Shown: one piece after another, positions 26,255 through 36,525 of the stretch
Position numbering within the stretch: position 1 is the stretch's first letter
How the letters are laid out: every line of letters begins with the position of its first letter
DNA from: a virus
IMG/VR virus record: IMGVR_UViG_3300033146_001917
Location: 32,001 to 96,000 of that record
Strand: one strand, 5' to 3'
DNA: 64,000 nt
Program-made: the position numbers and the translations under genes
The notes under the pieces: generated by a model
The model's input: only the letters and a program-made list of their open reading frames with translations
Database searches by the model: none
Told to the model about the DNA's origin: nothing

Positions 26255-26758
26255 GTGGGTGATGAGCGAAGAGGACAACTCTTTGCTCAATGGATAACAC
26301 ATAATTTCCCAAAGAGTAAAAACATACTAGACGTTGCAGGAGGAAGGGGTCAAGTAGCTCGTAAATTAGCTAATAAAAAATGTCACATACACATTGTAGA
26401 CGCTAAGCCTCGCTTTGCGGGCAAATTACATCCTAGAATTAGTTACGAAGGAACTTGGTTCGATGGAGATGTATATAAATCTCAATCTTACAACTTAGTT
26501 ATAGGCATGCATCCAGATGAGGCTACTGGTGAAATAATAAGATATGCAATTAAAACTAATATTCCATTTGCTATAGTACCATGCTGTATCAAGGGACGTG
26601 ATGCTAAACATATTTCTAAATTTAATGATTGGATTAAGCATCTTACAGATATGGCTAAACAAAAAGGATTTAAAATCGAAATACATAAATTGAAAATGCA
26701 AGGGAAAAATACGATTATAACAGGAAAACCAACACAACAAACCAGAAAGAAAGATTAG
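26255..26758 (+). CDS. Class I SAM-dependent methyltransferase-like protein
   Basis: LDVAGGRG, GMHPDEAT, FAIVPCC. Confidence 0.75.
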   Translation: MGDERRGQLFAQWITHNFPKSKNILDVAGGRGQVARKLANKKCHIHIVDAKPRFAGKLHPRISYEGTWFDGDVYKSQSYNLVIGMHPDEATGEIIRYAIKTNIPFAIVPCCIKGRDAKHISKFNDWIKHLTDMAKQKGFKIEIHKLKMQGKNTIITGKPTQQTRKKD

Positions 26759-26761
26759 AAA

Positions 26762-27484
26762 ATGTATATACTGTTACTAGGATTATTGACAAGCACTCCA
26801 GCCGAAACAAAAATAGACATTCTTGCAGATGAAATTGCTTCTCAATGTAGAGCAATAAGCCATAAAGAATGCCTTGCAATTGTAAATAAAACAATCGACA
26901 CACAATACGTATGTTCTGGACAATATAATGATACAACGCCAGCATGTATTCGATTTAGATATAATTTTAATTCCAGCTTGTGTTCGTTCGGAAGTTATGT
27001 AGGGTGCATGAACATGACTCCGTTGATATCTGACCCTGAATATCAAATAAGTTTCTTTGCTGCAGCATGCAGGCTGGAATCAGATGATATCTGCTCTGTT
27101 GCTGCCTATAGATTATTGCAGATAAATCTCAAGAAACATTACACAACTATCCAGGAGTTAGGTAAATTAGGATGTAATGCTAACGTAGGAACAAGCTGTG
27201 CTGTGCTAAGCGTAGCAATTATGAAGCTTCATCCTGATAGCGAGAAAGACATACACCAAGCCCTAATATATGCTAGAAAAGGATGCGATACTAATCCAGG
27301 AACATGCTTTCTAGCAGGTTACGTCGCATTGGCAGAGGCTAGTCTTCTTTACAAAATGCAGTGTGATTTGGGACAAGAACTTGCATGTATGATGCAAAGA
27401 AAAGCCAAGAGATTGGCTCAGTCTACAGAAAGTACTACTATTAAAGCTATAACAGCTAATAATCCAGCAGGAATAACAAGATGA
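26762..27484 (+). CDS. Exported Cys-rich Sel1-like repeat protein
   Basis: Hydrophobic N-terminus; repeated GC-x6-7-C helical pairs (KGCDTNPGTC, QCDLGQELAC). Confidence 0.65.
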   Translation: MYILLLGLLTSTPAETKIDILADEIASQCRAISHKECLAIVNKTIDTQYVCSGQYNDTTPACIRFRYNFNSSLCSFGSYVGCMNMTPLISDPEYQISFFAAACRLESDDICSVAAYRLLQINLKKHYTTIQELGKLGCNANVGTSCAVLSVAIMKLHPDSEKDIHQALIYARKGCDTNPGTCFLAGYVALAEASLLYKMQCDLGQELACMMQRKAKRLAQSTESTTIKAITANNPAGITR

Positions 27485-27807
27485 AAACTCTACTTACTTT
27501 CTTATTTTTAGTTAATCCCGCGCTTAATACTTACGATGTTAATAGCTGGGTATTAACTTGTGTATTGCAAGAAGTTGCTACTACATGCACAATGGTTGGT
27601 GATGCATACTATGATTCAGTGCTTGCAGAACAAAATAACTACCTCGCAATAAAATTTTATACAGAGGGATGTGAACTTGGAGATCCAATAGCTTGTGATA
27701 AATTAGCTATTTTTTATACAGAGGGAATTATAGTTGTAGCAAATCCTGTACTAGCTGCTCAATATTCAAATAGAGCTATATGTCTTAGGCAACATACTTG
27801 TATCTAA
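27481..27807 (+). CDS. Exported Sel1-like repeat protein
   Basis: Signal-like MKTLLTFLFLV; AIKFYTEGCELGDPIACDKLAIFYTEG. Confidence 0.72.
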   Translation: MKTLLTFLFLVNPALNTYDVNSWVLTCVLQEVATTCTMVGDAYYDSVLAEQNNYLAIKFYTEGCELGDPIACDKLAIFYTEGIIVVANPVLAAQYSNRAICLRQHTCI

Positions 27808-30800
27808 CTATTCTACTGCAGCAGTAATATCTAAATAATGTACCGTTAGTGATATAACTCCAGCTGTAGCTGGACCACCATTTGCTGTTACTACAATTTC
27901 TTGATTAGATAATGATGGATTTGGTAATACAGCAGTAGCATTTGTGTTATCAAATGTTGTTCCTGCAGTCAGTGCAATTCCCGCCGCAAAAATATCTGTA
28001 TCTCCTGATATACCAATATCAAGATCAGTGCATCCAGTAAATTCTGTATTAACCCTACCTGTTACTCCAACCACAAATGCTCCATGAGGTATAATATTAC
28101 TTGCTGTAGTCTTAGTTGAATCTCCAGAAAAAGTTAAGGTTTCGGATTTCATCTTAATAGCTACAGTTGCCTGTTTATCTGATTGTACAGTTACGTTATC
28201 TGTTGCAATAAATGATAAAGCTTCTTGATTACCTAATTGAAGAATCTTAGCATCACCAACGTATGGATCATAAACAATACGAGATCCTTCACTACCTACA
28301 ATCGCAGAATAATTTTCTACTTCAGTCCAGTTAATAACAGTATTGTCATAAAATTCAACATCACCACTAGCACCTTTAAATGTAAGATGACTTAAGGAAC
28401 GTGGAATCTTGATAGTGCTATGATCTTCTACGTGAATAGCATATGGTGCCAACTGGTCTGATATTACTCTTTCAGTATAATATTTACCAAAATTCATAGT
28501 GCCTCTAGCAACTCGTAAATATGACGACCCATAATCCTGAAAAACTTCAGTACCAGCAAGATTTATATAAGTACCTCCTCTAGTAACAGTAGTTCCTATT
28601 ATACCTATACTATGTGTGCTAGTTATTCCAGCTCCAATGAATAATCTAATACTACGACCCCAACACTGAATACTACCTGCCTTTATATGCGTATATGGCC
28701 AATCTTTGGCATATAAAATAGATTCTTTTATAAATATTTTTTGCATATCTATTATGGCTAAATTAACTACACGAGAAGCATTAGTTAATTCCATATAACC
28801 ATTAAGAAAAGAATTTATGGCACCTTTAGAATTTTTGCTTTCAATATTAATTGCATCGCATTTGAAACAATTGCCGCCTATCTGTTGATCATCATTCCAA
28901 ACATTGTCATGTACAAGTAAGGTGGTGGCACGTTTAACAATACGCACTACTGATGTATTGTCTAGTGTGGTAGTTGCTAATGTGGCCAATGTTATTGTAG
29001 AACCATCATTGTACCTAATTGGAAACCTAGATCCAGATCCAGTACCTGACATAACCAACAAATAGTATCCAGTATACGCATTAGTAATTAATCCAGGATT
29101 TGCAGTAAGTGTTATTACTGAATCAGGATATGCAACCCAACTAGACACATTCATATCAGCTGTTCCAGTTATCTGTTCCCAAGAATCATCACCAGCTAAT
29201 ACGATAAAGTTAGGATATCCTCCATAGTATGGACTTAAATTCTGGTCAAATACATGGTATCCTTCACTTAATAAATCATTAGATGATAATTGCCATTCTC
29301 CTACTGGAAACTGAAGAGTAATATCGTGATGTACAAACTCAGGAATAGCTCGTATTGCTGCGGCAACAGTTTTTATTGGACCCCATGCATTAGCTTGAGT
29401 CTGATTTGCAATAGTAATTGATTCAGATGGATCAGTTCCATTGACTGAATCCATCTGAATAGTGAAACTCTCTTGTGTCGCAGATACTGCAAAACTATCT
29501 ACATAATGTTTGGTAACTGCATGCGTATTCAACGTAGGTTCACTAGGAATGAGTAAATTTCGCCCTACTGCGCAATCTCCAGATTCCGTGACTTGGAATG
29601 CTAGAGTTTCAGAACCTGGATTACCTATATCTACTCGAAACACTCCACCACCAGCACCACCAGCTTGATGAGATAATTGTGTATGATTAACTTGTTCAGC
29701 TGAACCATCCCAATAATGTCCCTTCAATAATAGAGGAGGAGAACCTTTAAGTGGAGCACTTGCAGTAGCTTCTTCCCCATTCATCCATGTTTGTCCATCA
29801 GCGTATACTGCCCATATTGGACGTTGATTTATGGTATGATCCATAAGCTTAAACATAGGATAATTCTGAGCAAACTCAGACGCTCGTACAACAAACGCAT
29901 TGGATAATGCATTGTTGGCATAAAATAGACCATAGTTAGTAGCCCATGCATTTGGACTAGTAGGGTCAACTCCATCGTCATGAACTAATGCCTGATAACA
30001 AACAGAATTAGATTGGTTTTTAACAGATTCTTGGAATCCTCCACTGCCTTGAAATGTAGCAATAAATCCATTTTCTTGCTTTGGAATACTGTTTGTTGGA
30101 GGGTCTTGCCAACCACCAAACATAGCTGATTCGTATCCATAGCTAGATGTATTATTACCTAGATGAGCCACGTAATGAGCATCTCCAGCTCCACGATGCA
30201 TAATTTTAGTAAATGATCCACCGACAATAGACTGTTCTGTTATTTCACCATAGAGCCAATATCTAAAGTCTGTTTCTCCCGGGCGATGATCTATTCGTGC
30301 ATAAATAGATGCATTTTCGGTAGCAGTATCATAAGGTGGAACATAGTGTCTCTGATAATAACTTACTGATGTAGGGTTAGGAGTTTCAGTATTGTTGGTT
30401 AAACCTGACACTATGTCTACTTGATTAGTTCCCACTACTAATCCATCTTGAGTATGTAATTGGTTACAATATATATCCGTATAGTCACTGTCGTCTGCTA
30501 GTCTAATATTAAGAGAATTACCATTTTGATATATAGCAGGATAGACAGAGGAATCCCCGCCAAAAAAAATAGGGCCTAACATGGCCCGAGTTCCGTCTTG
30601 ACGAAAATATATGGTATGATCATCATCATTTAAACCTGATAATCCACCATGGTCAAATAGTGTTATATCAACCATATCAGGGTCTAGTTTACCATTCGAG
30701 TTTAGTAAAACTGGATGCCCGGCACCTTCAGATCCAGATACAGAATCCAAAAAAGAACTACGAATAAAATACCTATCATTTAATTCTACATGTGCAGAAG

Positions 30801-31011
30801 TGCTAACTTCATGTAATGATAAAGCAGCTTGTTCATCAATGGCTTCTACTTGCTGAATACGAGTGGTAAGATCTATAAGCTCTTTCTGTAGAGAAACCAA
30901 TAAGCTCTTGTACTCTTGACGAGTAGAGGCATGATTAAGTCCTCGTTGCACATTGTTGAGAACATATTCTATAGATCGTATTCGTTGTTCTTCAATTGGA
31001 TTCCAAGACAT
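27808..31011 (-). CDS. Large tail fibre/spike-like structural protein
   Basis: DHGGLSGLNDDDH and PTLNTHAVTKHYVD fibre motifs, beta-rich body. Confidence 0.7.
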   Translation of the reverse strand: MSWNPIEEQRIRSIEYVLNNVQRGLNHASTRQEYKSLLVSLQKELIDLTTRIQQVEAIDEQAALSLHEVSTSAHVELNDRYFIRSSFLDSVSGSEGAGHPVLLNSNGKLDPDMVDITLFDHGGLSGLNDDDHTIYFRQDGTRAMLGPIFFGGDSSVYPAIYQNGNSLNIRLADDSDYTDIYCNQLHTQDGLVVGTNQVDIVSGLTNNTETPNPTSVSYYQRHYVPPYDTATENASIYARIDHRPGETDFRYWLYGEITEQSIVGGSFTKIMHRGAGDAHYVAHLGNNTSSYGYESAMFGGWQDPPTNSIPKQENGFIATFQGSGGFQESVKNQSNSVCYQALVHDDGVDPTSPNAWATNYGLFYANNALSNAFVVRASEFAQNYPMFKLMDHTINQRPIWAVYADGQTWMNGEEATASAPLKGSPPLLLKGHYWDGSAEQVNHTQLSHQAGGAGGGVFRVDIGNPGSETLAFQVTESGDCAVGRNLLIPSEPTLNTHAVTKHYVDSFAVSATQESFTIQMDSVNGTDPSESITIANQTQANAWGPIKTVAAAIRAIPEFVHHDITLQFPVGEWQLSSNDLLSEGYHVFDQNLSPYYGGYPNFIVLAGDDSWEQITGTADMNVSSWVAYPDSVITLTANPGLITNAYTGYYLLVMSGTGSGSRFPIRYNDGSTITLATLATTTLDNTSVVRIVKRATTLLVHDNVWNDDQQIGGNCFKCDAINIESKNSKGAINSFLNGYMELTNASRVVNLAIIDMQKIFIKESILYAKDWPYTHIKAGSIQCWGRSIRLFIGAGITSTHSIGIIGTTVTRGGTYINLAGTEVFQDYGSSYLRVARGTMNFGKYYTERVISDQLAPYAIHVEDHSTIKIPRSLSHLTFKGASGDVEFYDNTVINWTEVENYSAIVGSEGSRIVYDPYVGDAKILQLGNQEALSFIATDNVTVQSDKQATVAIKMKSETLTFSGDSTKTTASNIIPHGAFVVGVTGRVNTEFTGCTDLDIGISGDTDIFAAGIALTAGTTFDNTNATAVLPNPSLSNQEIVVTANGGPATAGVISLTVHYLDITAAVE

Positions 31012-31257
31012 TTAGTCCTCCATTACAGGTGGTTGAGCTGACTTTCGAGTAGTAACAAATTTACTACTTACATTCATTCCACAATAAGTACCATATACAC
31101 CCATAATCCCAGCGACAAAAGCAGCTAATACAGACGCAGACGCTTCTCCGCCAAATGATTTACTAACTATCATTGCTATAGTAACAGCAGTGGTAAGTAA
31201 AAGTGCGAGAAGTCCCATAAAAAATTTACGACTAGTTTTCTTAGATTTATTAGACAT
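31012..31257 (-). CDS. Two-TM small membrane protein (holin-like)
   Basis: SRKFFMGLLALLL TM1, second TM, basic termini. Confidence 0.55.
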   Translation of the reverse strand: MSNKSKKTSRKFFMGLLALLLTTAVTIAMIVSKSFGGEASASVLAAFVAGIMGVYGTYCGMNVSSKFVTTRKSAQPPVMED

Positions 31258-31664
31258 TATTTATTCCTCCAATTTGGTAATAATCTTTTTACATCATATC
31301 TAACTTCTTCAAGTGTTTTATTGATGTTATCAAGTGTTGTTTCAATTGTGCGTTGCTTCAATTGGATCTGACGAATTTCTTCATCAAGTCTTTCGTGCCT
31401 TGTTGTAGCTACGGTATTGTATTTTTCAAGACGTTGTTCGATAACATCATTAGCTGCTTCCAGCGATGAAATCTTAGTAGTGACTATACCGTAAGAGATA
31501 CCTACAGATAGAATTACTGCTACTAATGCCACAAGTGCTTGAACCCAAGAAAATATTTTATAATTTTTTTCAATAGGATTAGTGTTCTGTCTTTCAGTAA
31601 GTTCAGCAATCATTTCGTCTTGTTTTCTTAGTGTAGACAATACTAGTTCTAATTCTTCTGACAT
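31257..31664 (-). CDS. Single-TM coiled-coil membrane protein
   Basis: Central hydrophobic helix followed by heptad-rich region. Confidence 0.7.
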   Translation of the reverse strand: MSEELELVLSTLRKQDEMIAELTERQNTNPIEKNYKIFSWVQALVALVAVILSVGISYGIVTTKISSLEAANDVIEQRLEKYNTVATTRHERLDEEIRQIQLKQRTIETTLDNINKTLEEVRYDVKRLLPNWRNK

Positions 31665-31722
31665 AGATAATCTCCAATTGGTGGATTATCTAATTTTATC
31701 ATACCGAAGATGATGGACAAGA
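31664..31722 (-). promoter_or_regulatory. Putative promoter plus palindrome covering the downstream RBS
   Basis: Minus strand TTGTCC-N16-TAAAAT with extended TG; then TAGATAATC...GATTATCTA (31664-31692) enclosing GGAG and reaching the A of ATG. Confidence 0.5.
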
Positions 31723-31723
31723 A

Positions 31724-33721
31724 CTAGAGATCGTTTTGTACCATGGAAGACACTAAGTCATGAAATGAATACTGGGGGTACCAATTCAGTAAATTATGTG
31801 CTTTAGAAGCGTCACCAATTAGCACATTGACTTCTGCAGGACGGAAGAATCTAGGATCAACTGTAACATACTTCTGGTAATCACCTAGTCCAGCAATACC
31901 AAAAGCTATTTCACAAAATTCACGTATAGAACGAGTTTCTCCAGTAGCTAGGATAAAATCTTGTGGTTCATGATGGTTTAACATTCTCCACATACCCTCT
32001 ACATAATCTCCAGCAAAACCCCAGTCACGTTTAGCTTCAAGATTACCTAATGCGATAACGTCTTGTTCACCACGTTTAATCGCACCTATTCCAAGAGTTA
32101 TCTTACGAGTAACAAAGCTAGATCCTCGACGTGGAGAATTGCCTATAACTAAAGTACCAATTCCAGCCATTACATCTCCAGTCTCTGTCTCTACGTCAAA
32201 CACATGTTGATTCTGAGAATGTATGCTAATAATTTTAGTTATTTGATTATTGATTTTCTTAAGATGTTGCCCCTTGTTGGGAAAATCAGGAGAATGCAAG
32301 TTTACTTGATAATATATAGTATTATTTTGAAGAAAACTATTAATATTCCATAATTGATGTGTGACTGATTGAATTAAATACAAAATCCCTTGAGCTAAAA
32401 TTGGAGAATTAGTTTTAAAAGATTTAAATTCATGTATGTATTTATCTTTTTTTGACTCATCAGCTGCATAATAACCTCTAAGAAAAGATAACTTTATATC
32501 AGAAGCACTATTCAAAATCTGCTTTGGCACCTTCTTATGTTTAGTTTTTCGTTCGTAAAGTTGTTTCCTTAACCAACTACAATGATCTTTCCCTAACCCG
32601 GTTACTACAGATTGAGTAGTTGTTCCACCAAAGCCAGAAATAAATTCTTTTTCTGGAATACTAATGTCGCAGAACAAATCAGAAATTAAGTTACTGAATT
32701 CATTTCTTAATTCTTGATCATTGTTAGTAAATTGAATATGATTTTCTCCAATATAACCACCACCTGTAAGTAACCCCATTAGATATGCCATATCGGTTAG
32801 AATAGTTTTGGTTTCGTTAGACTTTGGCATAGTTCCAAACATAACCATAGAATCTTTTTTAAAATCTCTAGCTGGTTTTTTCTGTTGTTCTGAATTAATT
32901 AACTTATGGTTGGGTGTTGTAGTTACAACACCACAACGTGCATTTGTAACTTGTTTGTACTGATTTTCGGTAGATAATTTATTTATCTTCTTGCGACTAA
33001 CAGTTATTAATTTTACAAATTTAAAACCATTCCAGATCTCTGTATTATCATTTCTATAATCTTTTTCTAGATATGAGCTATCATGACTAATATCACTTCT
33101 GTACGAAATTAATTCTGATACGTATTGAATATCAATATCGTTATTCTTTTTAGTGAAAATAGGTGTTTCTGCAAATAAACATTCATGATTAAAGAGGATA
33201 CCATTACAAGCAAACATTTTATATGCTTCACGATAGTTAACAGTAGCCCAATATCCATATAGTTTAGATACTCCATACGGACTACGAGGATGAAATGCTG
33301 TAATCTCTGTGGCTAATTCGCCATTAGTTAGATTACCAAATAATTCACTAGTAGCTGCTTGATAAAATCTGGTATGATATCCAGAAATACGTATCGCTTC
33401 AAGGCAATTAAGTACACCTAGTCCAGTAACATTACTTGTATAGATAGGTTGCTTAAATGAACTGCCAACATGACTCTGTGCAGCTAAGTTATAAAATTCA
33501 TTTGGTTTAGCAGTTTGACATAGATGTACCAAGCTAGTTAGATCTTCTAGGTCACCTTCAATAATTTCAATATCGTTTTCAAGGTGTTTTACATTGCCTA
33601 AATCATTTGAAGATGTTCTACGTTTTAGTCCATATACTTTGTAGTCTTTTTTCAAAAGTAGTTCGGCTAGGTATGATCCATCTTGTCCAGTAATTCCCGT
33701 GATGACTGCCGTTTTATTCAT
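31724..33721 (-). CDS. gmd: GDP-mannose 4,6-dehydratase with intein
   Basis: ITGITGQDGSYLAE, NLAAQSHV, RSPYGVSK, GILFNHE|SPRRG, FVTRKIT, RDWGFAGDYV, RPAEV. Confidence 0.95.
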   Translation of the reverse strand: MNKTAVITGITGQDGSYLAELLLKKDYKVYGLKRRTSSNDLGNVKHLENDIEIIEGDLEDLTSLVHLCQTAKPNEFYNLAAQSHVGSSFKQPIYTSNVTGLGVLNCLEAIRISGYHTRFYQAATSELFGNLTNGELATEITAFHPRSPYGVSKLYGYWATVNYREAYKMFACNGILFNHECLFAETPIFTKKNNDIDIQYVSELISYRSDISHDSSYLEKDYRNDNTEIWNGFKFVKLITVSRKKINKLSTENQYKQVTNARCGVVTTTPNHKLINSEQQKKPARDFKKDSMVMFGTMPKSNETKTILTDMAYLMGLLTGGGYIGENHIQFTNNDQELRNEFSNLISDLFCDISIPEKEFISGFGGTTTQSVVTGLGKDHCSWLRKQLYERKTKHKKVPKQILNSASDIKLSFLRGYYAADESKKDKYIHEFKSFKTNSPILAQGILYLIQSVTHQLWNINSFLQNNTIYYQVNLHSPDFPNKGQHLKKINNQITKIISIHSQNQHVFDVETETGDVMAGIGTLVIGNSPRRGSSFVTRKITLGIGAIKRGEQDVIALGNLEAKRDWGFAGDYVEGMWRMLNHHEPQDFILATGETRSIREFCEIAFGIAGLGDYQKYVTVDPRFFRPAEVNVLIGDASKAHNLLNWYPQYSFHDLVSSMVQNDL
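32138..33181 (-). mobile_element. Gmd intein with degenerate LAGLIDADG endonuclease (348 aa)
   Basis: Starts CLFAETPI, block B TPNH, motifs LMGLLTGGGY and FLRGYYAADES, ends VFDVET...VIGN before Ser. Confidence 0.9.
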
Positions 33722-33726
33722 AAATA

Positions 33727-34785
33727 TTACCTTAGATTTTCTAAGAAATGTGTTATTTGTATAAATTCAGCATCAAAATCAATATGTTGCTTAAACTTAT
33801 TATATGTATAATTAGAATACATATTGTAATTGTCTGCCATTTTGCGCAATTCTTCAGCAATTTGATATGTATTTAGTTTATTAACATCAATAACAGTTTT
33901 GTAATTCTCGTACAAATCTGCCGACGTCATTCCGTTTTGGTATGAGCATCCAACTAATGCAGGAGTACCTGTAGCAAAAGCTTGATGTATATTGTACCCA
34001 TAACCTTCATCTTCTTTTTTTACATGCCACAAAAAACCATGAGTTGCAAAAGCCTTATGTAAATCTATGGCTGAATATGGATTATCTCTATTACCAGCAC
34101 CATATATATGAACATCCCAATCATTAAGTTCTTTCTCTAATGCTATTAATTGATTCACACTAGATGTAAAATGTTGTAAATTCATAATTGATTTAGGGTT
34201 GTTACAATAACGTGGTTTAAAAATATTTAGATCAAATTCTTGATGATAAAAACATCTATTATGATCTTTGAGGCTAGAAGTAGTAAGTTTAGCTGAAGTT
34301 AGTAAATTACTAATAGGTAAATTAGGCCAATTATTACCTGCTTGAAAAATAAATTTAGCATGAGGTTGATATTGCTTAATAAGCTTTTTGAATGGTTCGA
34401 TATGACTAGGCATAGATGCAATAACAATATCAAATTTTATATTTTTAAAAGCTTCTAAAGTTATAGCGTTATGGTCTAACTTGTCGATGTGAGTAGTGTC
34501 TATGATTTTATAGATTCCAGTATCTACCTTATTAATGTCTTTATTTACATATGAATCTACACCATGTAAAACTTCAATTGGATTACCAAAAATATCTAGA
34601 CAAGTTTCTACTGTAATATCAAGGAATTGTCTTGCAGTATTAATATGTGGATACACATGCCAAAAACCTTCTTGGAACCATTCTAATCCAATCGGTCTAT
34701 ATAATGTCCACCCAAGACGTCTCTCAAACAAAATCTGTAATGAGTGATACAAATCTTGATGATGAAGATCAGCAAATACTTTCAT
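33727..34785 (-). CDS. GT-B glycosyltransferase-like protein
   Basis: C-terminal EGYGYNIHQAFATGTP motif. Confidence 0.7.
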   Translation of the reverse strand: MKVFADLHHQDLYHSLQILFERRLGWTLYRPIGLEWFQEGFWHVYPHINTARQFLDITVETCLDIFGNPIEVLHGVDSYVNKDINKVDTGIYKIIDTTHIDKLDHNAITLEAFKNIKFDIVIASMPSHIEPFKKLIKQYQPHAKFIFQAGNNWPNLPISNLLTSAKLTTSSLKDHNRCFYHQEFDLNIFKPRYCNNPKSIMNLQHFTSSVNQLIALEKELNDWDVHIYGAGNRDNPYSAIDLHKAFATHGFLWHVKKEDEGYGYNIHQAFATGTPALVGCSYQNGMTSADLYENYKTVIDVNKLNTYQIAEELRKMADNYNMYSNYTYNKFKQHIDFDAEFIQITHFLENLR

Positions 34786-34789
34786 GCAG

Positions 34790-35818
34790 TTATCCTATGT
34801 AATTATTCCATTGTTTTACTATAGCATCCTCTCCAAAATATTTTATCGCACTATCTCTTCCAGCTTGACTGATTTGTTTAGCAAACGATTCATTCGATAT
34901 CAACTCTGTAATATATTGCTGTAACTCAGTTTTATTATCAGATATGAAACCATTAGTTTCATTTTCTATCAAGTTAGGTATCTCGTATAAATTATGACCT
35001 GGAAAGTAACGTGCATTACCATGTTGTGGACCTATAGCTACAATTGGAATACCAGTCATCCATGCTTCCATAAAATTTAATGTATAGCTAGCAGGATGAG
35101 TACCTGTATAAAAATATATTCTATTACGTCTTAATTCTTGTAATAATTTATCGTACGGAATTTTACCAGTTGTCCAGTCACCAATATTCTGGTTACCTGG
35201 TCCAAATAGATGTCTATTGAATGGACGAGTCACTTCCTCAAAAAAATAATAGTTGCATGCCCTGTGTCGGTTTTTCATATCTTGTACAAATGATATGACA
35301 CGTTCTTGTTCTCCTGACCAATTTTTATATTGGTCAGGATCTTTATAGAAACGTATGATTGTGTCATGACCTATATACCCAGGAATATTTTGTTCCATAG
35401 GTGAATATCGTATTATTTCAAGACCTTCATTTCTGCAATATTGTAATGTTTGTTCTACCGAATTTACAGACTGTCCAATAGTACGCCAAATAACTCGTTT
35501 ATGTTTAATTTTGTCCCAGTTCTGCACAATCCATTGTGGGGAATGCATAACTATAAAGACATCAAACCTATCAATAAAATCTGAAGTTAGAAAATTCTTT
35601 CCATCTTGACCAGGATGTTGCTTACCTATTTTACTAAATAAATCAACATCATCTTTGTCATAAATAAGATTTTTAATTCCTGGGCGCATATTATCAACAC
35701 TAGAATTAGGATTAAAATATGCACCTGGTGAGAAAACATCATATCCTAATTTTGACAATAGGGACACTTCGTCAAATTCTAAAATTGAGTGACAGGAATG
35801 GTAAAATATTTTAGTCAT
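34790..35818 (-). CDS. Glycosyltransferase (GT4-like)
   Basis: YTLNFMEAWMTGIPIV, LIENETNGF, ISQAGR. Confidence 0.82.
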   Translation of the reverse strand: MTKIFYHSCHSILEFDEVSLLSKLGYDVFSPGAYFNPNSSVDNMRPGIKNLIYDKDDVDLFSKIGKQHPGQDGKNFLTSDFIDRFDVFIVMHSPQWIVQNWDKIKHKRVIWRTIGQSVNSVEQTLQYCRNEGLEIIRYSPMEQNIPGYIGHDTIIRFYKDPDQYKNWSGEQERVISFVQDMKNRHRACNYYFFEEVTRPFNRHLFGPGNQNIGDWTTGKIPYDKLLQELRRNRIYFYTGTHPASYTLNFMEAWMTGIPIVAIGPQHGNARYFPGHNLYEIPNLIENETNGFISDNKTELQQYITELISNESFAKQISQAGRDSAIKYFGEDAIVKQWNNYIG

Positions 35819-36525
35819 TATATAGTTTTAACCCAAAGTGTTTGCTGATAATCTAACAAACAAGTCCAACCATGTTGATACAAATATTGTTTAGCAAGTC
35901 TAGGTTTGCCTCCTCCTGGAAGGCGATTATCATCTATGAGAACTATACTTGTATCTGACAAGTTTGACTCTATTGCTTTAAATTCGTTTAAGCAATGTTC
36001 TTGACATGGAATAACTATATCTTTAAATTCAGATATTATTTCTGTATGCGATTTAGATTGCAGTATTTTTTCTGCTGCGTGAATGTCCTGTTGTCCATTA
36101 TATTTACGTAGCATATCTCCATATGGATAGTCATAGCTATCAAGGTACAGTAAATCTACTGTACCAGAATAGTTGCGTAAGAATGTTACAGAATCTAAAC
36201 AATGAAAAGAAGCATTGATATCTGACATCCATTCTGAAATACATTCAGTTGCTGTATTTAAATGTTGTTGGTCATTATCAACTACAATCAATTCCCCGTC
36301 ATTTTCGTATATATATTCAGCAAAAATGCTAGTAGACATTCCTGCACCTAAATCATCTTTTTGACGTTGACATCCAGTTTCAATAATTGTCGGATTATGA
36401 TGCTTTTGAACTAAAAGATTAAGAGCAATATTAAATGTCCAATACCTACTGTTTCCTTTATTGTATTTATTGTAAAACCAATGGTTGTCGCAATCATTAC
36501 CTGTATTGTATACTATTTTATTCAT
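35818..36525 (-). CDS. Class I SAM-dependent methyltransferase (possible sugar O-methyltransferase)
   Basis: IIETG, VVDND, DSVTFL, VDLLYLDS, VLIDD, GK motifs; inside GT cluster. Confidence 0.75.
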   Translation of the reverse strand: MNKIVYNTGNDCDNHWFYNKYNKGNSRYWTFNIALNLLVQKHHNPTIIETGCQRQKDDLGAGMSTSIFAEYIYENDGELIVVDNDQQHLNTATECISEWMSDINASFHCLDSVTFLRNYSGTVDLLYLDSYDYPYGDMLRKYNGQQDIHAAEKILQSKSHTEIISEFKDIVIPCQEHCLNEFKAIESNLSDTSIVLIDDNRLPGGGKPRLAKQYLYQHGWTCLLDYQQTLWVKTI

